Assembly: GCA_964035545.1 (NCBI GenBank)
Contig: OZ037768.1
Coordinates: 11,812,741 to 11,876,740, forward strand
Reading direction: 5' to 3'
Source of the DNA: Bugula neritina
Taxonomy: Eukaryota; Animalia; Bryozoa
DNA: 64,000 bases
Positions 55,901 through 64,000 of the stretch are shown piece by piece (position 1 is the first letter of the stretch; every line of letters begins with the position of its first letter). The notes under the pieces are model-generated. The model was not told where the DNA came from, made no database searches, and saw only the letters and a program-made list of their open reading frames with translations. The translations under genes and the position numbers were made by a program.

Positions 55901-58900
55901 CAGTAACTACACTGTACACTCTATTCTCTCAGTAACTACACTGTACACTCTATTCTCTCAGTAACTACACTGTATACTCTATTCTCTCAGTAACTACACT
56001 GTATACTCTATTCTCTCAGTAACTACACTGTATACTCTATTCTCTCAGTAACTACACTGTATACTCTATTCTCTCAGTAACTACACTGTATACTCTATTC
56101 TCTCAGTAACTACACTGTACACTCTATTCTCACAGTAACTACACTGTATACTCTTAACATAACTATAACTATATTCCCATTTTACATTTTCTAAACTTTC
56201 TACTGCTTAAGATTGTGAGGCTGGCCCAAATCTACCTGCATTTACTATTTTCATAAATATACTGTGGTTTCATAATGCATAAGGAGTTGCTTTCTCTTCT
56301 CATTCCTGTAATTTTGCATGGGCTTTGGGTGAGACTGAATAGCTTGCAGCTGCTCAACAGAAGCATGGAAACACCTCATGTTTATACTGAGTATATTTCT
56401 ACTACTTGCTGTGGGCTGTCCTTCTCGAATCAAAGCCGTTCTTGTGATGTTCATTTTTCATCATCACATTAAGCGCCATAAAACATTAATTACTAAGCTC
56501 TGGATTAGTATGAGCATTAATTTATTCATCTTCCTTAAGGTTAAGTTTAGCAAGTTTGTAAATTTGGTGAGTCTTGCATGTTCTTGTAACTATTTTATAC
56601 CACACAATGAAAAGTATTATAACACTACAGAGAGGTTTATAGTTCAGACTATACAGCTATTTTAAGAAGAGGTTAGGCTAGACAAGTCTTGGGTGTAATG
56701 ATCTGTCGAATATTCTTCTAGTAAATTCTCATGCCTCTAATGTGCATATTGGCACCTCTATATGTTGTGTCACAGAAACGGTCAAATTTGTTTTGAGTTT
56801 GCTTCACACGTATGTAGTATTTACAGCATAAAAGAGGAATGAGAATGATAAGGATTGTGGTTTCCAATTTAAAAGTTTTGATGACTCCCTAACCTGCTTG
56901 TATAATGTGTGGTTGGTTGTGAAGGGGTGGTGTAATATGCGAAGCAAGGAAAGCTATTGCATGTTGCAGCAGTGGCGAGTTTATATTGGTTGTAGAAGTG
57001 GTAATTGGAAAGATTCCTTTAAATGTATAATAATTCAAGTAGTATTCGTATGTACCACTGGATCAGTTGACCTACTTTCGTTTTTAGTTCTCCTGTGCAA
57101 GAGATTGAGGCTATGTCATCAAATACCCCTTCTATGACTGACACTTTCGGGCCTGCAACATCCAACACTAGCGATGTATCCCAGAAGTCTAGTTCGGATC
57201 TTCTGCAACATTCAAATGTCAATTATGTTGCTAATGGTAACTTTTTAGATTTGTGCAGTCTTGAAAGCGTTGTCTGTCGCGTTTTACTCAAAATTTTACA
57301 AAGTTTGCTTCACTTTTAAAATTCTTAAAAGGCAAAGGAAATAGTTTAATTATTTTCCAGGTCTGCAGATAACTTGTAGAAAGCATTACCAGCTATAAAC
57401 AGAATTGGTGTAGGTCTTTTGCTTTTTTAAAGCTGGCACTTTTTCATATTCAATATTCCTAAAAAAAGTCCAAGTTGTATTGCTGTTTCATTTGATTTTA
57501 TTTTAATATTAGAGTACTCATTCCTTCTATTTCCTAGGATAAAATATTGAAGTTAATGTAGCCATTTATATCTAGTGTCTATTATAACGCATCTTCCCAT
57601 ACATTTTATTTACATTCTATTGGGTTTTCAAGATCATAAGTTATACTGATCACTACGCTCATACAAACTGCAGCTACAAATTTATACATACTGATCTATT
57701 CCAAGCAATTGAAACGCAGTGAATGACAGGCAAATAGGTTATGTTGTTTGCTTAGATTGGCAGGGATGGAATTTTTCTAGGTTACTATTATGTGAGTTGG
57801 GCACAGTTATTCCCACAAGTATATTTACTATTTACCAGGTTATTCTGAGTCTCAGCTCATTGATCTGATGAAAAAGAATGCAGAGCTGGAGGGTCGCATA
57901 GAGATGTTGTCTGTTGAGTCAGAGACGGCCATTAAAGACAGAGCTAAATATCAGAGAGAGCTGGGAGCTCTAAAGTCTCAGCTCCTGGTAATATACTAGA
58001 TTAACTCTTACAATATAATAAATTAATTCATACAATATAGTAGATTTATTCAGACAATATATTAGATTAATACAGACAATGTAGTAGATTAATACATACA
58101 ATATAGTAGATTATTTCATCCAATATGGAAGATTAATTAAGATAATGTTGAAGAATAGTTCGGACAATATACTTCTAGTAGATAAATGTAGTCAATGTAG
58201 AAATGCAGAACTGTGGTAAGGCATTTATTTATATAACTAATAGAGCACTGCCTTGCATGTATTAATAGAGTTGTATCTTTTGTATTGACCCTTTGCTGTA
58301 TTATTTTATCTTATATATATGCAGGTTGATAATGACTTTTAACACTTTCACTGTGTTGCCTGCTTATTTTATTTTTAAGAGTTACGCTGTTCTATTTATT
58401 CATTATTGGCTTTCTTAGTTGTTTGAAAGAAATGCATCGGCGTCACAGCCCGATACTCAAAAGGAGAGTATGAAAACGCAGCAGTTGGCTGATGACCTTA
58501 AAAGACAAGTAGCCGACTTACAGAAACAGTTGACAACCAAAACAACAGAAACTGTTAGATTAAATGAGAATCTACATAACACACAGGTCTGTGATTTGTT
58601 GAATATACTATGTAACTACCACCATGAATAAACTAACACAATGTATTTATCTTTATGTGACTAAACTTGGGTGAATTGATGAGTGGAACCATTTGTATGA
58701 AATTAAATTTTAGTGTACCATGCACTGCTATGCTAACTATATACTGATTGTGTAACATTAAATATATGGGGATATTAAAGGAGCTGAATGCTAAGCTGCA
58801 AGCAACCATCACCTCGTTTGGGCAGCAAATTAAGGACAAGGATTTGGAGCTCTTCAATGTTGGTAATAACCTCCGAACTCTCGAACTTCAAGTCGGCAGC

Positions 58901-61900
58901 ATTTCTGATGACAAGCAGGCAAATCTAGACAAGATCAGTTCTCTGCAGGATGACGTAACGTCGCTGACAGAGACTAAGGAATGGTATCAGCAGCAACTGC
59001 ACTCGGCACAAGAGCTTCGGTAATTCTGTGGTTCTACTATGTTGCTGATGTTATTACATATGCCAGCTATTTAACATGGTGTGCTGGGTTAGTAATGTCT
59101 GTTGAGAAAGACTATAGTATTTGTAATGTAGAGTAATACACTGTGTTTTCAAGCTTCGGTTGGAATGGACTTTTCATTGCTGTTTGGAAACAGTTGCATT
59201 GAATGAAACCACAACCATTAGTTCATCATTCGAGCATTCATTTGCATAATATGAAGTCATGGAAGTGCAGGGATGGATGTTATTTAACATACAACTTTTC
59301 TTCTTTCAAAACTTTGTCGATAGTCGAAGAATAGCAAATAAATAAATAAATTACATAACATTATCTTATCCAAACTGCAAGACATGAAATAACCCACCGC
59401 AAGTGACATGCTGCAATAATTATGTGAGCTGTTGACATTCTACACATGGCTATAATTTGAAATCTATACTCTCACTTTCTCCTAGCAAAATAGACAGGTA
59501 TGATGAGTGAAGTGTTGGCTAGGAATAACTCCATCTAGCTAGCTACTGTAACTATTTCTGTCATCAAACAGCTAAGGGTGTGATGTTTGGTTGACGTGGG
59601 TTAACTGTGCAAAATATGCTAAGATCTTCTTTCATTAATATTTGACAAAATCTATTGCCAGGAGATGGTTTTTAATGTCACAAAACAGAATAAATAAAAA
59701 CTATCATTAAGTATTTGTTGCACAGAATGTTTTAATGGAATATTTTTATTTGATCAACTAAGTATTTATGCAGTTTATCGGAACTCAATTTAACCGTTCT
59801 TAGAGTGAAATGTTTTGTTATCTACAGAAACAATCTGCAGACAGAATTAACCAAGCTGCAGAATCTCGTATCAACTCAAGCTGACACACTGGAAAGAGTT
59901 AAAGTAGAGAATAGTCAGTTGAAGCATCAGCTGGGGGATACACAGCATAAGGTAGTTTTGTCATACAATGTGAAATATATTATGTTATATGTGAGGACAT
60001 AGATATGATGTGGCATATATATGTCGGTTAATGTGTGTCAGGTCATATATATATATGTAATGTAGTGTAGAATGTGTCGCAAGTAATGACTGTAATATAC
60101 AATACCATATAGAGTCGAGTGTTTTAAACTGTATGTTCTACAAAGACTCATGTATAGCAGGCGTGGAATTTTAAATTGATGTCATTTACAAATTGGATTA
60201 ATTTTGAATAACCTAGAATATTCATTAGGAATAAGATGCGAGAAGTATTTTAATTGTGGTTTATTTTGGCTTTTCAAAAACGGGCAACATCTAAGAAACC
60301 AGCCTTGTAACCCTGAAAATATATGCAACAGATTTTGTCATCACTGAAATATAAACACTCATGACATTAGTTTAGTAGAAGTAGTTGCTTTGTGTTTTTT
60401 ACCTCACTTATTTGCATTAAATATTGCTAACTTTATTTCATCAGATTCAAAAGTTCAGAGCTGCATGTTTTTAGTTTCAATCTTTGAACCAATCGCAGTA
60501 AAAATATTTGAGCATAAGTTTGGGCCTAGCAGTTTTCATAATTAAAAGGGCTATTCATTTAATTTATGCTTTGCAACGCCTTAGCTTACTGAGATAATTT
60601 ATGGCTTCAAGAAACTTGGTAAATAATTATTTGAAATAACAATAACCCAATGAGATCTTAAATTAAATGTTATGTTATAAATAGAACTACACTTAGGGCA
60701 TAAGTTATAATCAATTAGTTAGATCATTTACTGGAGCAGCCGTGGTCTAGGGGCTAGAGCATTTGCTTAATTAACACGAAGTCATGGGTTCGAACCCCAA
60801 TAAAGGCCATTGGTGATGTTAGGAAGAGCATTCAGTCATAATTGCTCCTGTGCCACATCTGAATTTGTTAGCCCGTTTAACAAATACCCCTTTCAATCAG
60901 GGGTTTTCTCACAGGGATGGTGACTATAAACTTGCGTGAGTTTTTTAATTAGTTTAATCATATGATCACACTTTTACGGTTTGTAATTGTTTTTCACCTC
61001 AACCGCTTATCCCTGCTTCGGGCACAAAAGATTTTATTCTACCTGGTAAGGCCCAGCGTCAGCTCATACTAGTTAATGTTTCATTAAACTGAAACTGTTC
61101 CCATTGGTCAAATGATGTTGGTTAAATTGCTTAATTTGTGCAATTTCAGAATCGAACGCATGGAAGAGGGTCATGTTACAACGCTCTGTATAATATATCA
61201 CGTTAGATTCATATGTGTACTTCTGCAGGCACTCGCTGAGAAAGAACTTCTCATACGCCATCTGGAGGCCATAGAGGCAGACATGTTGGAAAGGGAAGCT
61301 GGTTTTGAGCAGATGGAGAAGGAAAAGGGGCTGACGGAGTATACGTGGCAGCAGAAGATGATGCAGGTTGGTGTGTTCTGCTGCTTGTACACTTTCTCAT
61401 CCTCTAACATCAGATAGTACTTTGTTTGAGTTGATAACTGCTATCTATTCCTAACATATTGTGTACACAGAAGAATTGAATTATTAGCTGGTGGGATTTT
61501 TGTTAAAACTATTGATTTCTAAAAAAAAATTCTAAATTTAATTTCCTTTTGTCTAGTAAGTAAAAAACCCCTGGATGATAAATGAAAACAATGCCTATAT
61601 ATTTTACTACAGTTCTATATCATTTATTGTACAGATTGAGAAGGAGAGAATGGCACTTGGTAAGCTCATGTCTGACAGCTCAGACCTGCAGAGAGAGCTG
61701 CAGAAGGCAGAACATGACTTAAAAGCTAAAGTAGCTGAAGTGTCTGTCCTGGAAACTCAGCAAGCTGACCTGAATAAGCGCCTCGTTGTAAGGATTTTAT
61801 AGTTTTAGAAGTATAATAGTTTGGTGCTTGTAAAATGTTTAAATAATCTCTAAAGGCTATAATAGAACAGGATGATAAGTCAGGTTATTATTGCTTTCTG

Positions 61901-64000
61901 CTGATGTATTAATGCTATACTATGCTAGTGTTCATCTTAGGTTGCCCAGCAAACTCAACAAACAACAGCGAGGGAGCTGGAATACACCAAGGAGAGGCTC
62001 ATTGAGTGCGAGACTACAATGAATAAACTCCAGAAGCAAGATCGGGAGAGAGGAGGTCTTCTTCAGACACTCAAGCAGGAGAAAGCTGCGTTGCAGGTAA
62101 ATGCGGAGTATATGTAGTCACAGTTCAGTATATAGAAGTAATTACTGTCAAATATATAAGTGACTACAGTGATCTGCCATGCAGAGGGCTGGGAGACCAA
62201 CATTTTTTTCAATGTCCGTTATACCTAATTTATAATTGAGAGTTGTGCCCTCTTAGCAGGTACTATCTGTAACCTAATCGTATAGAAATGAATCATTAAA
62301 ATCTCAGAAATTGACTGCTATATAAAATACCAGCTATGTTAGAAAATTGATATTCTAGAGATTCTGCTATCAACCGCCATACTGTATTAAAGTAACAAAT
62401 GGATACATTTTTAGACAAGTCTGGACTCGGCTTTAGAAGAGAAGAAATCATTTGCTAAGGGTTTGGAGACTCTGAAGGCCAACACGTCTAAAGTGGAGCA
62501 GAACTACAGGCAGATGAAGCAAGAGCTGGCAGTCAAGTCTCAGAGAGTTGATGAGTTAGAAAAGGAAAATGCTGAGCTGTGTGATAGAGTAGATAGTCCT
62601 AGTGTACAGTCAGCGCCACAGACTAACTCCGTACCTGCGGAAGAAGTTACAGGACTACAACAAGAATATTTGGTCTTGCAAGAGCATTTGAATGCTTTAA
62701 GACACAATGTAGAGGTAAAAGGAAATTAATTTTGGGAATATTCATCATACAAAATATTTGTATTCTTTCAACTGTAATTCATTAAAAATGGTAAAACATC
62801 ATTAAATGATATAAGTTGATGGGTAGTAACTACCAATATTTATTGATGTATAACTTGGTTATTACGCTTGTGGGTTTTTTATATCACACGAGTACACAGC
62901 TGCCCTAACATTCCCATATCAACCATATTACACGAGGTATGATACACCCATACACTCTGGTGATATCTGCAATGGTTTTATGTAGGATTCTGAAGACAGA
63001 GCAGAGAGGTTATCTGTAGAAAAGAGAACATTGGAGCAACAGCTAACCAACATGAAGAGTAACGCTGCTGAACTGGAGCACATACTGCAGAAGAAGGAGA
63101 AAGACCGTGCGAGTATAGAGTCTAAGCTTCACGAGGCCTTGGCTACCATAGATTCGCAAAACAAATCGCGTAAATCTGATGAGAATATGCAGCAGAAATA
63201 TAACATTCAGCAAGCAAAGGTAGAGCTTGTTGTATTCTCAGTATGTAGTGAAATCCGCAGGTGATGTGATAATTTGAACTGTCCTCAAGTAGCTATAAGT
63301 ATGTTTATGGAAATGTTAAACTTTGTTTATGCGTCTTTATAAATTAAGTGGTTGTAGCTTTTCTAATCATATTTATGATTATCCAATGTTTAGATGGAGC
63401 AAGTCCAAGCAGCCCTCCTCAAAGTCGAGGCATCTCTGAAAGATAGGATCTCCGACCATAACACAGCTATAAATCTGCTGTCTGCCCAGCTCCAGGAAGC
63501 CATCGTAGAAAGAGATGCTGCCAGACAATCACTGCGTCAGCACGAAGAGACAGTTCAGCAATCATCTTCCTCTCACCACGAACACCTCTACTCGGAGTTA
63601 CAAGTATGTCTACTATCAAACAGCTCACTATTCCATAATGGCGGCTTATTGCGACTTTGAGAAGAGTTGGCGGTGAAGCTTATGTGGCCATTTGAATTTA
63701 ATTTTTTCATCACTGTCTTTCTACATTGTAGAATATCAGGAAAGTTGAAATTACTTGGCCGTGCTCTAAAATTAAAATTTAAAAATATTTGATTTTTTAT
63801 AAAAGTTTACAGTTGACATTCTAGCTGTGTTTATACGTGAAAGCGGAGGTCCATTGTGGCCTACACTGGTTAGCGTACTCATTATCAGTATTTCTATTCT
63901 ACAGTCAGCGAGGTCGAAACTGGAGACAGCTCAGCTGCAGAAAGCGGAGCTGGAGAAGCAGATTTCCTCTTACCACACTGATGTGCAGTCTACAGTGAAG
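52949..64000 (+). CDS. GOLGA3: Golgin subfamily A member 3 (golgin-160), 3' end outside window
   Basis: Exons 52949-52973, 53141-53375, 54055-54180, 57088-57236, 57839-57987, 58419-58586, 58781-59019, 59828-59951, 61229-61366, 61635-61787, 61941-62096, 62415-62714, 62986-63219, 63394-63603, 63905->64000. Ser/Pro-rich head, then a long coiled coil with GOLGA3-type motifs LEGRIEMLSVES..AIKDRA, WYQQQLHSAQELR and HLEAIEADMLEREAGF. Confidence 0.85.
54799..56154. repeat. 29-bp minisatellite (CAGTAACTACACTGTATACTCTATTCTCT)n, ~46-47 copies
   Basis: Head-to-tail, highly homogeneous units with a few recurrent variant positions (tat/tac, att/act, ctc/cac). Confidence 0.97.
59150..59280. repeat. Interspersed repeat fragment (paralogue of 48140-48270)
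   Basis: Same shared blocks as 48140-48270. Confidence 0.7.
60733..60860 (+). mobile_element. tRNA-derived SINE (decayed)
   Basis: Pol III A-box-like TGGTCTAGGGG and B-box GGTTCGAACCC with tRNA spacing, but no complete cloverleaf. Followed by a non-tRNA body ggccattggtgatgttaggaagagcattcagtcataattgctcc. Confidence 0.65.

Noticed and set aside
54799-56154. 29-bp repeat of CRISPR-like unit length
   Set aside because: Units are head-to-tail with no unique spacers, there are no cas genes, and it lies in a eukaryotic intron.
60733-60800. Possible tRNA gene
   Set aside because: A and B boxes are present, but there is no paired acceptor or anticodon stem and the sequence runs into a SINE-like body.

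Overview
AT-rich, intron-rich animal (invertebrate-like) genomic DNA with no prokaryotic features. I reconstructed six spliced genes by hand from GT-AG sites and reading phase. (1) The 3' part of an EPB41L5/yurt-type FERM gene (+, <400-18226), ending in the PDZ ligand -TTEL, with a candidate alternative last exon ending -VTYV. (2) An unrecognised ~1265-aa disordered protein gene (-, 18989-29014) whose eight central exons are all symmetric phase 1-1. (3) RETSAT (-, 33179-39321). (4) ZRANB2 (+, 41955-45179). (5) FBXW9 (-, 46487-49319). (6) GOLGA3/golgin-160 (+, 52949->64000). The most unusual objects are two. The first is a young 1.8-kb LTR retroelement (near-identical LTRs, 18-nt tRNA-Leu PBS, PPT) with no gag or pol, carrying one intact zinc-finger/coiled-coil ORF. 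The second is a set of kb-scale tracts with degenerate 6-bp periodicity and a recurrent ACTATCAGTAT motif, seen only between the two head-to-head gene pairs. MITEs, a tRNA-derived SINE, a LINE remnant, solo-LTR-like relics and mini/microsatellites are also present. Homology calls come from recalled family motifs, not database searches.
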